This document shows, one piece after another, positions 42,765-53,445 of a stretch of 64,000 nt of DNA. The stretch lies in contig CAXXLZ010000002.1 in NCBI GenBank assembly GCA_963675595.2, positions 3,232,001 through 3,296,000 of the forward strand. The letters run 5' to 3'. How positions within the stretch are numbered: position 1 is the stretch's first letter; each line of letters opens with the position of its first letter. The translations under genes were made by a program, and so were the position numbers. A model generated the notes under the pieces. The model searched no databases. It was not told the origin of the DNA and saw only the letters and a program-made list of their open reading frames with translations. Source of the stretch: Thermodesulfobacteriota bacterium. Lineage in GTDB: Bacteria; Desulfobacterota; Desulfarculia; JACQYL01.

Positions 42765-43997
42765 TTGGAACCGCGATTGTCGCAAAAGCGGTGTATTTGG
42801 AGGAAAAGGAACCGATCCTCAAGAACGTGTGGGTTGCCCGTCCTTGCGGCGATCATCGCTGCGTTGCTTTGCCTGAGTAGAGTGAGCCGGGTGCAAGCGG
42901 CGGAGTTCGACGTCTCCGATGTGGAGCAGCTTGAAGTCGCTTTGAGCGAAGCCGTAGGCAACGGGCAAGACGACATCATCCGCCTGGCGGTCGGAACCTA
43001 TGCCATTACCAGCACTCTGACTTACGAGTCCGATGAAGACTTTTCCCTCACTCTTGTCGGCGTTCTCGGTGAGACCCTATTGGACGGGGGATCGGGGGAA
43101 CGCATTTTCTACATTTGGACACACGGCGACGGCGCGTCGGTGACCATGAACGGCCTCACCCTTCAAAACGGCTTCCACGGCGCCACCACTGGGGACGATA
43201 CCGGAGGCGGCCTTTTCCTCCGCACTCAGCAGTCGGACATTACCATTGAAAAGTGCCGTTTTCTGAACAACCGTTGTTCGCGCATGTATTTTTCCGCGGA
43301 CGCGGGAGGCGCCTTCATTCGGATTGAAGGCACCGGGACGATTACAGTCAAGGATTGTGTCTTTCTGGACAACTCGGCCGTTAGTAACGGGGGCGGACTG
43401 CTGCTGCACGGCGGCTCGGGAAGCGACTTGGTGCTCGTGAACAATGTTTTTCAGGGGAATACGGCCAGCACCAGCGGTGGGGGGCTGCTTGTCCGCAGTT
43501 TCGGTAATGCGGTCACCTTGACCAACAACACGGTGACCGCCAACGAAGCAATGAGCAGCGCCGGCCTGGGCGGAGGCGGAATTTACATGAACGTGTGGTT
43601 CGAAAGCACGACGGTCGGTCTCTACAACAACATTGTCCGGGGGAATACAAGCGGTGTCGTGCTTGCACAGGATCTGTACATTGAGGATGATGGAAATGCG
43701 AACGGCACCGGAGCGATGCTGAACGTATGCTTCAACGATCTCGGCGTAGCGGCTTATCAGATAGGGAACCGGCTTGAACAGAACCATAACATAAACGAAG
43801 ATCCTCTCCTGGATTCGGACGGCATCCCCCAAAAAGGATCTCCATGTGTGAACGCAGGAGACAACTTGGCGCCCTTCCTCCCGTCCCAAGACTTGTCGGG
43901 TAATCCACGTATTTTACAGGGGACGGTGGATATGGGAGCCTACGAGGTCTGGACCGCCGTTGTCCCATCCTGGAATGAACTGCTGCTGATGGAATAG
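42765..43997 (+). CDS. Secreted right-handed beta-helix protein with a choice-of-anchor-Q-like C-terminus
   Basis: Repeated F.NN.A..GGG motifs; SPCVNAGDN...DLSGNPRILQGTVDMGAYE. Start is uncertain. Confidence 0.78.
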   Translation: MEPRLSQKRCIWRKRNRSSRTCGLPVLAAIIAALLCLSRVSRVQAAEFDVSDVEQLEVALSEAVGNGQDDIIRLAVGTYAITSTLTYESDEDFSLTLVGVLGETLLDGGSGERIFYIWTHGDGASVTMNGLTLQNGFHGATTGDDTGGGLFLRTQQSDITIEKCRFLNNRCSRMYFSADAGGAFIRIEGTGTITVKDCVFLDNSAVSNGGGLLLHGGSGSDLVLVNNVFQGNTASTSGGGLLVRSFGNAVTLTNNTVTANEAMSSAGLGGGGIYMNVWFESTTVGLYNNIVRGNTSGVVLAQDLYIEDDGNANGTGAMLNVCFNDLGVAAYQIGNRLEQNHNINEDPLLDSDGIPQKGSPCVNAGDNLAPFLPSQDLSGNPRILQGTVDMGAYEVWTAVVPSWNELLLME

Positions 43998-44360
43998 CAC
44001 TCCGTTCCTTCATCCGTCCCGACCAAGACTCGATTCGACGGTTTCCCCTTGGGTTCTATCTTTGTTTCAGGCGGCCGACGCAGTTCCCTCCGCCTCCGGT
44101 TGCATGGTTCCATATCCGTTGGAACTTTCAGGTGCTTGTCCGCCTTTGCGCTCAGGCAACAGCCCGCTCGTGCCAGGCACGCATGTTGTTCAATCGTCGG
44201 CCGACCATGAGAATTCAAGGTGTTTACCATGACCGGTGTTGTCCGGCCGGTGGAAGGGCCTCTTTCGGGAAGAGGCTTCATATCCATCCAGTGATCGGAT
44301 GCTCCGCGCCCATGGTCGGCGATGGGCCCGACCCCCGATCGACCTTGGTGTCGCTTGCCT

Positions 44361-45260
44361 TCATGTTCGAGCTTCAACCGGCATTTTGCCCGGTCGGGAG
44401 GAAAACAACCAAGGAATGGCACCGTTCCGACGTCTTTTCGAGTAAGAACCTTGCGGGAAGAAAGCCTCGATGCGTTTCGTCGCTCCCAGGAGATGTTTGG
44501 TAGGTACTCTCAGGCCGAGACTCGTTTCATCACACACGAAAATATCTTCGCGGCGCTTCATTAATTCTCTCAGGTACTTGCCGACCTCGCGCTCCCGGGA
44601 TTGACCCTGGGTGTAATCGTGCCACACAACAACGGCGTCCTTGGTCAGTTTAGGCCACAACTTTTCCGTGTCGTTTTTCACCGCTTCATAGGAGTGGGCC
44701 GCATCGATGAAAGCAAAGTCGACTTGACGGGGAATGCCCGTCCAGGTTTTCTCCTGAAAGGAGTCGCCGAATATTTGAGTCACATTTCGAGCCAGGGGAT
44801 GAGATTTGTAATCACAACCGATCACGCCGCATCCGGCTGATGGGACTTTGGTGTGACCATGCGCGGATGGTGATTTCTCTAAGGGAAGGTCAATCGTGAA
44901 TATCTTGGCGGATGAATCCATATTATCCAAGAATAATCTTGTGGTTGCGCCCCGTTGCGTGCCGACTTCAACAATGATCGCCGGTTTGAAATATTTGATC
45001 AATTGAGCCATCACCACGCGTTCCGTCGCACTGGTGGTGCCTTCCATCCATTGATATGCATTCAGCTTCAGATCATCTTCCACGGAAAACGCACGAATCA
45101 CGTCCGATAGTCGCATCCTGCGCGTGTGGACCTGATCATAGGCGAACAACGTGGTCACCAGCACATGACCGGCTTTCAAAGGTCCATGTCTCAGTCCGGT
45201 TAAAACGGCGGCCGGACTCAAGCCGAATATACCTCTGAACACCTTCCTCAACAGGCTCAT
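44361..45260 (-). CDS. Class I SAM-dependent methyltransferase (Methyltransf_24-like)
   Basis: IVEVGTQRG, FTIDL, GDS, DFAFIDAAHSYEAVKND, VVWHDY. Confidence 0.82.
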   Translation of the reverse strand: MSLLRKVFRGIFGLSPAAVLTGLRHGPLKAGHVLVTTLFAYDQVHTRRMRLSDVIRAFSVEDDLKLNAYQWMEGTTSATERVVMAQLIKYFKPAIIVEVGTQRGATTRLFLDNMDSSAKIFTIDLPLEKSPSAHGHTKVPSAGCGVIGCDYKSHPLARNVTQIFGDSFQEKTWTGIPRQVDFAFIDAAHSYEAVKNDTEKLWPKLTKDAVVVWHDYTQGQSREREVGKYLRELMKRREDIFVCDETSLGLRVPTKHLLGATKRIEAFFPQGSYSKRRRNGAIPWLFSSRPGKMPVEART

Positions 45261-45446
45261 TTCCTGCAAGCTCCTCCACCGATTCGTAGAAGGTCCGGAA
45301 GTCTTGAGTAATCTAAGCAGCAGTCGTGGAAGGTGTCCAGGCTTTTCCAGTCATGGGGTGACGACGGTCGCGACTTTCAAACCCCTGAGCTGCGGGAGTG
45401 CATCGTGAACTCCACGGCTCCGCGAGGGGGTCCACTTATGCCGATA

Positions 45447-45641
45447 GGCAATTGAAAAATGCGATCTGCGGTGTTGCGCTTCATCCCTCGTTGCTGCGAC
45501 GACGTACTTCCAGATGCGCCTTGTATCTTGCTTAAGACGCATTTTGATGTAAGTTCTTTGATTCTGTGTGTACCGATTTAGGCGCCTTGCATCTCATCGT
45601 TTTTCAATAGCCCACAATAATCCGACTTTTGCAACCGGCAG
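45447..45641 (+). repeat. MITE-like repeat, copy 3 (diverged, with an internal insertion)
   Basis: GCGATCTGCGGTGTTGCGCTTCATCCCTCG... and GCGCCTTGCATCTCATCGTTTTTCA match 9736-9882. Confidence 0.7.
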
Positions 45642-45804
45642 TTTAAGGAGTGGGCGACATTTCGGAATTTCCGCGTTGACACCTCAAAACGCAAGCGGTT
45701 ACGGTGCAAAGGGATGGTTGGGGAATGCCGGGTTCCTCCGCAAGCGGGAAAATCGGCGTCAAAGCAATGCGTTGATGAATTCAAATTCGGAAGGAGGTTC
45801 GGAC

Positions 45805-47079
45805 ATGCGGAAATGCGGTGAGTTCTTGTTCTTGTCGGGCTTTTTCATCTTCTTGGCTCTTGCCGTTCCGGCAGCACAGGCTGCGGACTGTGAGCTCTTC
45901 TACGAGGATTTTTCCGGGGACTCCATCCACACGTGGGATTTCTTTGGAGATCCCTACTGGTCCATTGAAAACGGTATGGTGGTTCTCACCGATCCCGAGG
46001 AATATACCGTTGCCGAAACCTCGTTCGTTCCCGGTGAACCTTTTGTGATGGATGTGGACGTGGTGGACTACACGTTTTCGGAAGAAGATAAGGACTGTTA
46101 TTTCGGGCTGTACGCGTTTACTAAAGGGCATGGTCGGTTCACCGTCGAAGGAGAGGAAGTCGACGGAGTGACGGCGGTGGTGTGGCCCATCGATTACGAG
46201 GATGCCTGTCTTGGTGTATGGGACACACCCAATCAGGAGTGGATCACCGCGGATTGCCACGTGTTTCCCGTGCCCCTGACTTCCTTCGGGATTTCGATAT
46301 CGGAGACCGAACTGGTTCTTCGTCTCAACAAGGAGAACACCCCGGTGAAGTTTAGTGGAGACTTCTCCGCCGCGGCACCGCTCATCGACACGGTATGGCT
46401 CAGGGCCAATTGTCCGGGGATGACCTTGCGCCTGGACAATCTATGCGCCCAACCTTTATCCGAAGGCGGTTACGACGGGATCTGGAAGGATGCAGGCCCA
46501 ACCATGAATTTCTACGTGCAAACCTACGCTCCGGGATCCGTCATCGTAATCGCCACGCCCAACTTGTCGGATTTCTATGTATTTCTCGATTCGGACGTTT
46601 CGGACGGGGTGGATGTCGACGACCTTGCCGGCGCGGGGCATCATTTGAGCCTTACCTTTTCTTCTCCGACCGAGGCTTCCGCGACCATGACTTTGGCCGG
46701 TTCCGCCGCAAAAAATTACGCCATCGCCAGGGAGTTCCGCATACCGGCCAATCCCGATGCCGACGGAATTTGGAAGTCCCCCTCATGCGATGCTCCGACA
46801 CGGAATCTCTACGTACAGACCTACGCGGCCGGTTCCGGCATCGCCATCGTCACGTCGGACTTGCAGGAATTCATGGTTTTCCTGGATTCGGATACGGCTT
46901 CCGGGTTCGAAGCTGAGGAACTATCCGGTAAGCCGTTCCACCTCTCTTTGGGGTTCAGTGGTTCACCTCCGGAAGGCGCCACCACCATGTCCCGGTGCGT
47001 GGCGGCACCTCAGGGCGTGACTTCCGCGGAAATGAACGGGTATGTTTCCCTATACTCCATTATAACGACGGACAAGTAG
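45805..47079 (+). CDS. Secreted acidic protein: N-terminal lectin-like beta-sandwich plus two GIW/QTY modules
   Basis: GGAGG RBS; signal peptide ending AQA; YDGIWKD..NFYVQTY and DGIWKS..NLYVQTY repeats. Confidence 0.78.
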   Translation: MRKCGEFLFLSGFFIFLALAVPAAQAADCELFYEDFSGDSIHTWDFFGDPYWSIENGMVVLTDPEEYTVAETSFVPGEPFVMDVDVVDYTFSEEDKDCYFGLYAFTKGHGRFTVEGEEVDGVTAVVWPIDYEDACLGVWDTPNQEWITADCHVFPVPLTSFGISISETELVLRLNKENTPVKFSGDFSAAAPLIDTVWLRANCPGMTLRLDNLCAQPLSEGGYDGIWKDAGPTMNFYVQTYAPGSVIVIATPNLSDFYVFLDSDVSDGVDVDDLAGAGHHLSLTFSSPTEASATMTLAGSAAKNYAIAREFRIPANPDADGIWKSPSCDAPTRNLYVQTYAAGSGIAIVTSDLQEFMVFLDSDTASGFEAEELSGKPFHLSLGFSGSPPEGATTMSRCVAAPQGVTSAEMNGYVSLYSIITTDK

Positions 47080-47180
47080 AACGAGGCGGGCCGGACGGTC
47101 CGTGAAGGATGAACCCACCTTGGCAGGCCGCTTCCAAGGGCTGAAAGGTCCAGGGGGTGCGCCGGAGACCGCCGGCAAGG

Positions 47181-47274
47181 CGTATGCATTCACGGGGGGG
47201 AACTTTGAAAAGTTCCCCCCCGATGCCCCCCCTCAGATACCATATTGGCCTCGTCGCCTCGGGCGGAGAGGCTT
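47181..47274 (-). repeat. Intact REP-like repeat homologous to the intron-interrupted copy
   Basis: Reverse complement reads AGCCTCTCCGCCCGAGGCG..GAGGCC...GGGGGGAACTTTTCAAAGTTCCCCCCCGTGAATGCATACG. Confidence 0.75.
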
Positions 47275-47891
47275 CATATTTGATCACCGCGAAGTTGGAA
47301 CTCCGGTCTCAAGATCGAAACCCGCCTCTGCAAACCGAAAACCCTCCGTGTCGAAAAAACCGTACGTACCCAAAGACTGCCGACCCGGAACCGGCCCGGC
47401 GAAGGTTATTGACTCCCACTCGCATGGTCTCGGAAAAAAGGGCCATCATAAAATGATCGGAAAACGATAAATAATCATTGCAATACGATAAATAGCGTGG
47501 TACTTTGATTTTTAAATACAGCGGGCCTCGTCGGACGGTGGCCGAATTCGGATGCCGGCACGCTTGGGGGAGAAGGGAGCCGCCAAAAGTGCTGAACGCA
47601 ATATGAGACGCGGGAAGAGTGGGCGCGGGAGGGGAGCGAAACGCGAAATAGGCCCCGCCGACGGCCAAGGCGGGAAGGGTGGTAACCCCTCACGGGGGGA
47701 ACCTCTTCCATTGTAGGGGCAGGCCGCAGTGCCTGCCCGAAAGACGGCCGAAGACCCACCTTCTCCGCGGTGCATCCGTGCCGGCGATCCCTCGGTGACC
47801 CTGTCAATAGGAATGAAGAGTGGTCCGACCGCATCGGACGTAGTCCGTTCATGCCGGACCGTTACCGATCCGTAACCCGGGAGATATCCTC

Positions 47892-48434
47892 ATGGACAAT
47901 GCTTCAAGAATACGAAATCTCAGCAGGTCCTTTTATCTGTTGTTTTCTTTTTTGTCGGCGGCAATACCTTTGTATTATGCATGTTACTGGTTCTTTCTTA
48001 ATGATCTTCCCGACAGGCTCATCACGGTCAATATGGCCCCCACACCCCTGGTTCCGAACCATCTGGCCGCAATACAACGCCTGATCGGATTCCTTGCGAG
48101 TTTGTTCCCTATGTCGGTCTTGATCTACGGCATGCTTAACGTCAGAAAACTATTCTTATTCTATAGCCGAGGAATCATATTTTCCTTCGAGCACGTCGTG
48201 CTCTTCAAAAAAACCGCCAAGGCTTTTCTAATATGGGTCTTCTTGTCGATCCTGTATGAGTCCGCGAAAAGCGTGTTGTTTACCATTGGAAACCCTCCGG
48301 GCAAGAGACTACTTCAAGTCGGGTTCGGTTCGGAACAGGCGACGATGCTTTTGGCGGCGGGAATCCTGTTCGTCATCGCCTGGATAATGGACGAAGGAAG
48401 AATCTTGAGAGAAGAGAACGAACTGACCGTCTGA
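47892..48434 (+). CDS. DUF2975-like membrane protein
   Basis: Four hydrophobic segments; C-terminal IAWIMDEGRILREENELTV; followed by a YozG-like HTH gene. Confidence 0.8.
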   Translation: MDNASRIRNLSRSFYLLFSFLSAAIPLYYACYWFFLNDLPDRLITVNMAPTPLVPNHLAAIQRLIGFLASLFPMSVLIYGMLNVRKLFLFYSRGIIFSFEHVVLFKKTAKAFLIWVFLSILYESAKSVLFTIGNPPGKRLLQVGFGSEQATMLLAAGILFVIAWIMDEGRILREENELTV

Positions 48435-48445
48435 TCGGGGTTTTC

Positions 48446-48649
48446 ATGTCGATTATGATCAATCTGGATGTGATGCTGGCCAAGCGTAAGATGAAATCGA
48501 ACGAGTTGGCCAAGCTCATCGGCATCACCGAACAGAATCTATCCATTCTGAAGACGGGAAAAGCCAAGGCGATTCGTCTTTCCACCTTGGATGCCCTATG
48601 CAGGCACCTTGAGTGCCAACCCGGAGACCTTCTTGAATACAAAGAATAA
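48446..48649 (+). CDS. Xre/Cro HTH regulator (YozG-like)
   Basis: IMINLDVMLAKRKM...GITEQNLSILKTGKAKAIRLSTL...CQPGDLLEY. Confidence 0.92.
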   Translation: MSIMINLDVMLAKRKMKSNELAKLIGITEQNLSILKTGKAKAIRLSTLDALCRHLECQPGDLLEYKE

Positions 48650-49562
48650 TCGACTGACGGCTGCGGCGATACATATCAGATCGTTGCCGTTCTTCTTGAC
48701 GCTGATTTTCGTGTTTCTGTCGTCGCCGGGGTATTCGAAAGAATCCGGGTCGCTGCTTGAGGTTACACCTTACGTGGCGGCGTACGCATCGGAACAGGTA
48801 AAACCCGTCCCGGGCTCCCATGGGGACGAAGGTCGTTTGGCCCGGCTCCTGAAGGTTTCCAAGATTCTGATCGATCCCGAACGGGGCGTTCACACCAACG
48901 GCATCAAACCGTCCACCTTTATTTTATACGACAAGCTGGACTTCGTGGGGCTCGGCTTCCTAATAACTTGGGGACTTACCACCGACCAAAGACGGATCCT
49001 GAAGGAATGGCACAGGAAGTACATGGGTGACAACCCAGCGAATGTGTTTTTCGCGCCCACCGCCGACGACATTGTACGAACCCGGGCCGCGTTCGGGTGC
49101 TCCCACTACGCCAGAGCGTTCATAGCGGTGGTGAAGTCACTGAGGCTGGTGGATCGACCGGAAAGCCTCCGGTATGTCGTTTCCTGTAAAGCGGACGACT
49201 ACAACAACGCGTTGGAAGCAGGGAACCGGGAGAAGACCATCAACGGTCACCAGTTCGTCCTGGCCGAAATCGACGGCAGGTGGGCGGCAATCAACACCTC
49301 CAAGGGTGAATGGATCGAAATGCCGGACGGGTTTTCGCCCGACCGGATCGGGCCTCCCGACAATGTCACCGTCCGCTTCCAATCGTACCCCGATGTCGTG
49401 TTCGCGCTCCGGAAAATCGGGAAAGATTACAATGACGGATGCAACGATGATTCCTTGTTCGCCCTGATGAATCTTTATCGTTCTGGGGATGAGGAGGATT
49501 CGGATTTCAGATGGAAGAAGGTCCCACTCGGAGACGATCCGACGGGGCGGCCACAACGGTGA
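48591..49562 (+). CDS. Secreted hypothetical protein, possibly with a transglutaminase/papain-like fold
   Basis: Hydrophobic signal region; FGCSHYARAF...GHQFVLAEIDGRWAAIN suggests a Cys-His-Asn triad. True start is probably downstream of 48650. Confidence 0.55.
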   Translation: MPYAGTLSANPETFLNTKNNRLTAAAIHIRSLPFFLTLIFVFLSSPGYSKESGSLLEVTPYVAAYASEQVKPVPGSHGDEGRLARLLKVSKILIDPERGVHTNGIKPSTFILYDKLDFVGLGFLITWGLTTDQRRILKEWHRKYMGDNPANVFFAPTADDIVRTRAAFGCSHYARAFIAVVKSLRLVDRPESLRYVVSCKADDYNNALEAGNREKTINGHQFVLAEIDGRWAAINTSKGEWIEMPDGFSPDRIGPPDNVTVRFQSYPDVVFALRKIGKDYNDGCNDDSLFALMNLYRSGDEEDSDFRWKKVPLGDDPTGRPQR

Positions 49563-49605
49563 GAAGAGTGAAAACAGGCGGTATCGCCCGCCGGCGGCCT
49601 TTTTT

Positions 49606-50778
49606 CTACTTCCACTTGTTCGAAAAACCCAGGGCAAAGGCACGGAACACGAGCCGCAGGAAGCCGGGATTGTCCAATATGATTTTCTCCGAACCCAGGG
49701 TTCCGCGGAAGGATGCCGCGTCTTCCGGTTTGCCGGAAACCGTCGCAGCAATTTGTCCCGCATAGGTGATCATGATTTCTTGGGCGCAGCCTTGAGGCAG
49801 AACGCCCCAGGTCAGTTTGTCCTTCAAATGCACCAGGGCCGCCACCGCCGCCACGGTTACGGCGTCGCGTTCGATCTCGGAAAAGTTCTCCTTCAACAGC
49901 CGGGCCGACTCCGCATCGAGGAACCCTTGAATCCCCTCGATCATGCGCGTTTCGTCCGTCCCGAATCTTTCCACATGGACCAGCGAGGAGCACCGGCTTA
50001 GAGGCGTCATCTCGTTCTGCAGTTCCAGGGCTTTCTTGACCGCCGTTTTAACGACCCGGCCGATGAGCTCCCCCAGTTTGACGTGCTTGCCCGCTCCCGC
50101 GAGCGGCACGCCCGTACCCAGCATGCACGCCACGGCGATTTGATCCGTTCCGGTGCCCGTGGCCAGGCCGTCGGAATAGCGGGAATTGACGGCCAATTCC
50201 TGTAGCGCGGCCGTCTTGGCTTCCGCGGCGGTCATTACGGTTCGCACCAGGGCTCCCGACGTAAGTTCCTTGTTGATGCACACTATGGTGTTGATGGTTC
50301 CTTCTTGGGGAAGCGCCTCCTGATTAAGGCTCTCGTAAACTCCGTCATGCTCGTAGCAGGAAGCCGGGTCTCCCGCCCGGCCGGCGTTGGTTTCCACACC
50401 GCCCGTGACCACGGCGGCGACCTCCAATTCGCGGAAGCGTTCGGACACGACGGCCGCGTTGTTCATGTTGGCGGCCGTTCCCAGGGTGGCGCATTCCTCG
50501 GGCGGCAATCCGTGCCGTTCGCACACGAATCGACGAAATTCGCTCGGCTCCAACGGGTTGGTGCCGGGAAAGCTTTTCATATGCCGGCCGTGGGGTTCGC
50601 ATCCCTGGTGGTTGTAGATGTACGTTTTTTCTTCGCTGATGCCTCCGTCGCAGCGGCAGGTGGAGATGATGCGGTGAGGGGAGAGGAACCTTACAATGAT
50701 GATCTTTTCTCTTCGCTCCACTTCCACATGACCGTACAGGGTTTCCAACAGCATCATCCTCTCCTTGTATTTGCTCAC
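49606..50778 (-). CDS. cbiZ: Adenosylcobinamide amidohydrolase
   Basis: LGTAANM, VTGGVETNAGRAGDPA, GTINT, EAKTAALQEL, ATGTGTDQ, GKHVKLGELIG. Confidence 0.88.
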   Translation of the reverse strand: MSKYKERMMLLETLYGHVEVERREKIIIVRFLSPHRIISTCRCDGGISEEKTYIYNHQGCEPHGRHMKSFPGTNPLEPSEFRRFVCERHGLPPEECATLGTAANMNNAAVVSERFRELEVAAVVTGGVETNAGRAGDPASCYEHDGVYESLNQEALPQEGTINTIVCINKELTSGALVRTVMTAAEAKTAALQELAVNSRYSDGLATGTGTDQIAVACMLGTGVPLAGAGKHVKLGELIGRVVKTAVKKALELQNEMTPLSRCSSLVHVERFGTDETRMIEGIQGFLDAESARLLKENFSEIERDAVTVAAVAALVHLKDKLTWGVLPQGCAQEIMITYAGQIAATVSGKPEDAASFRGTLGSEKIILDNPGFLRLVFRAFALGFSNKWK

Positions 50779-50935
50779 ACCGTGTGCGGGGGAACATTCG
50801 CTTCACCGGCCCCCCTTGTATATCGGGCATGTCGTCGTTTTTCACCCGCCTGCGGCAACCGGCCTTTTCAACAGGCTCTTGAGCGATTTTGAGGGAATTC
50901 GACCCGCTTTCACTTCACGGGCGTACTTCGGAACT

Positions 50936-50998
50936 CGTATTCATTCACGGGGGAGGACTTTCGGGAAAGTCCTCCCCCGGACCCTCTCCCAAAGCTTT
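50936..50998 (-). repeat. REP-like hairpin repeat
   Basis: CGGGGGAGGACTTT-CGGG-AAAGTCCTCCCCCG with the flank GTGAATGAATACG on the minus strand. Confidence 0.7.
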
Positions 50999-51242
50999 CT
51001 GAGGAAGTAATCCGGTTTCCTTACTCATTCCCAACGCTTGTTACATCTGCTGAATCGGCAAAGAGGTTCCCAAGCTCGGCTTCGTCCCGGAAGCAACGGA
51101 CCCCCGTTTCGATCTTGCGAATCGTCTAGGGAATTCGCAAAACGGGTAGTGTGTACCGCCTAACATGCTAAAATACCTAAAGTTGCTAGGAAGGAGCCCG
51201 AGGGAACCCTCCGGATGCTCACCGGAACTCAACCGCCATGCC

Positions 51243-52940
51243 CTAATTTGCCATTGGGGGTTTTGCATCGCCGGCCTCGGAGGTCACTTTCTTGAGGGTT
51301 TGTTCCAGACCCATGAGAAAGACCTGGGGCTCCTTCAGCTCCGATGTGAGTTGCATGTAACGATGCGCATGGTAGTGGATCGGCGAAGCGGTACTTCCAT
51401 GAGTGGAGGCATGGGTTTGGGCGTTCTCTCGGCCGTGATGCGCTGTGCCGTGCCCGTGCGCCGACCCGCTCGTGTTGTGATCCGGTTGCTCATGGACATC
51501 GGAAAGGTAGTTCGTAGACCTCATCAGTTCAACTTCTTCCAGAACTCGGGGAATCATTTCTTCCAGGGCCGCGCGGTGGACCTCCAACCGATGCGCCAGG
51601 CTTCGAATATCCGGATGGAGAGACTCTTCCGTTGCGGGGGATGACCCGACCGTCGTGCCGACCTCCTTAAGGTAAGATCGGATGCCGTTCAATCTGTTCT
51701 CCATGTCGAGCCACAAGAGGAAAACGGATTGTCCGAGCACCTTGTGCTCCCGTTCGCGCTCCGTGCGGGCTGCTTGGAGTTGAGGGGCGATACGATCCAC
51801 GGTTCGGGTCATGGATTCAATGGAGACGGACAACGCGGTCCATTGGGCTTTGGGAATGAGCTGGGCCGCTTCCGGCATTCCGGGTGCGGTCGCCCCCATA
51901 GGCCGTTTCCGGGAACTGCTTCCACCGCCCAGATAGTAGACCCAATCAACGAACACCCGAGGCTCTCCAATTTCCGGGTGAGGTCCGCACAGAATGACTC
52001 GGCCCTTGCCGTAGGAGCCGGTGATCACGGCAGGTCGCGATACCAGTTTGTTCGGGGCGTTGTGATCATAAGGTTCGCCTTGGTAGGAAAAACAATCGCC
52101 GAAATCCCGATAGGCGGCGAGGAGTTCGACGCCCTCACCCACCGAGGAAAACGTCTGTCCGGAGTAATAGAGCGGTTTGAATGGCTTCGAAGCGCCGAGC
52201 ATGGCGGGGTGCGTCGGTGCGAGGGTGTCCAATCGGGCGAACCCATGAAGGTTGAGGCCGTAGGTGTAGCCGCGGTCGGATTGGAGGAGCGAGGCCTCCA
52301 GGAGCCCCAAACGAACGCCGAAGACGTTGCCGCCGCAGGTTCCCAGAAATCCCAATCCTCGATCATGAACGGATTGCTTGAGGATCCGTTGATCCTCGGA
52401 ACTTATGTAGGCTTCATAGCCGCCGCCGGAGGGGAAGCTGACCACGTCCACGCCTTCCGTCAAATGCATGCTGGTTTCGTCGAAAAGAACGAAAGGGATT
52501 CCGCTTTCTTCCAGGGGTTTGGCGTGCCACAAATGCCCGGCCGTAACCCCTTTGCCGCAGTAAATGCCCACGGTCACCGGTTTCAGGCGTGGGGCGCCCG
52601 GGTCGTCGGGACACGGCACTCGGAACGTCCCTTCAGGCAGGTCTTCGGCGAGCAAATCGGACTTCCCGTCAAGTCGGACGATGAACGTCCCTCTTTGGAT
52701 ACCCTCCTGGGGTATATCGTTGGTCGCTCGACTCACCTTAAACCCTTTGTCCACAAGTCGGCCTACCAAGGCATATTGCCGGTAATCCGGAGGAATAACG
52801 AGACAATTGGGTGCCGACGGTGATCCGTAACATATACTCAAACATAGTATATCTATAGATAGAAGCACTAGCAACGCAGTGAGAATCGTTCCATACTTGA
52901 TCACATGCTGTAAATAGTCCACTCCATCCCCCGAAGTCAT
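51243..52940 (-). CDS. Class I glutamine-amidotransferase-like (BPL-N-like) protein with a His-rich C-terminal region
   Basis: FPSGGG, FLGTCGG nucleophile elbow, YGKGRVILCGPHPE; HNTSGSAHGHGTAHH...HYHAH. Confidence 0.65.
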   Translation of the reverse strand: MTSGDGVDYLQHVIKYGTILTALLVLLSIDILCLSICYGSPSAPNCLVIPPDYRQYALVGRLVDKGFKVSRATNDIPQEGIQRGTFIVRLDGKSDLLAEDLPEGTFRVPCPDDPGAPRLKPVTVGIYCGKGVTAGHLWHAKPLEESGIPFVLFDETSMHLTEGVDVVSFPSGGGYEAYISSEDQRILKQSVHDRGLGFLGTCGGNVFGVRLGLLEASLLQSDRGYTYGLNLHGFARLDTLAPTHPAMLGASKPFKPLYYSGQTFSSVGEGVELLAAYRDFGDCFSYQGEPYDHNAPNKLVSRPAVITGSYGKGRVILCGPHPEIGEPRVFVDWVYYLGGGSSSRKRPMGATAPGMPEAAQLIPKAQWTALSVSIESMTRTVDRIAPQLQAARTEREREHKVLGQSVFLLWLDMENRLNGIRSYLKEVGTTVGSSPATEESLHPDIRSLAHRLEVHRAALEEMIPRVLEEVELMRSTNYLSDVHEQPDHNTSGSAHGHGTAHHGRENAQTHASTHGSTASPIHYHAHRYMQLTSELKEPQVFLMGLEQTLKKVTSEAGDAKPPMAN

Positions 52941-53121
52941 CTATTGTCCATAGGTTATAGACCCTGTGCGCCCAAGTACACATTAGGCCTGTAGCATGAG
53001 AAGAAGTGGTTGTCGAATCAAAAGCTCGAACAGGCGGAGGGTGCTATGGAAGTATTGTGATCCGACGTAATTTCACCTTGACTTATCCCGCTATGCCGTG
53101 CGAAGGAATATGAACATTATT

Positions 53122-53277
53122 TGCAGGTGCGAAAGCTTAATAGGGAACCCCGTGAGAGTCGGGGGCGGTCCCGCCGCTGTGACCGGGAACGAACTCCTCG
53201 GAAGCCACTGCGAGTCTGAAGACTGGTGGGAAGGCGAGGAGTGTAGATGGATCCGGGAGCCAGAAGACCTGCCTGCA
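53122..53277 (+). promoter_or_regulatory. Cobalamin riboswitch 1
   Basis: AGGGAA..CCGTG..A.TCGGG.GCGGTCCCGCCGCTGT, GCCACTG, GGGAAGG and the B12 box AGCCAGAAGACCTGCC; hairpin plus T tract at about 53352-53390. Confidence 0.93.
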
Positions 53278-53445
53278 AGGACGGAATGGATTGGGCGCTG
53301 CGGTGAATTGTGCCCGATTCGGTAATGCAAGGGATCAAGAAAACTGGGTGCAGTCCCTGAGTCCTCATGGCTCGGGGATTTTCTTTTTTCCGGGCCGTGG
53401 GTTCCAAAGACCGTTGGAAACCAACAAGGCGTGAGGAGGTAGGTT

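Noticed and set aside
47456-47492. ACGATAAA direct repeat as an operator for the YozG-like regulator
   Set aside because: It is plausible but lies about 400 bp from the DUF2975 start and is too short to support by eye.
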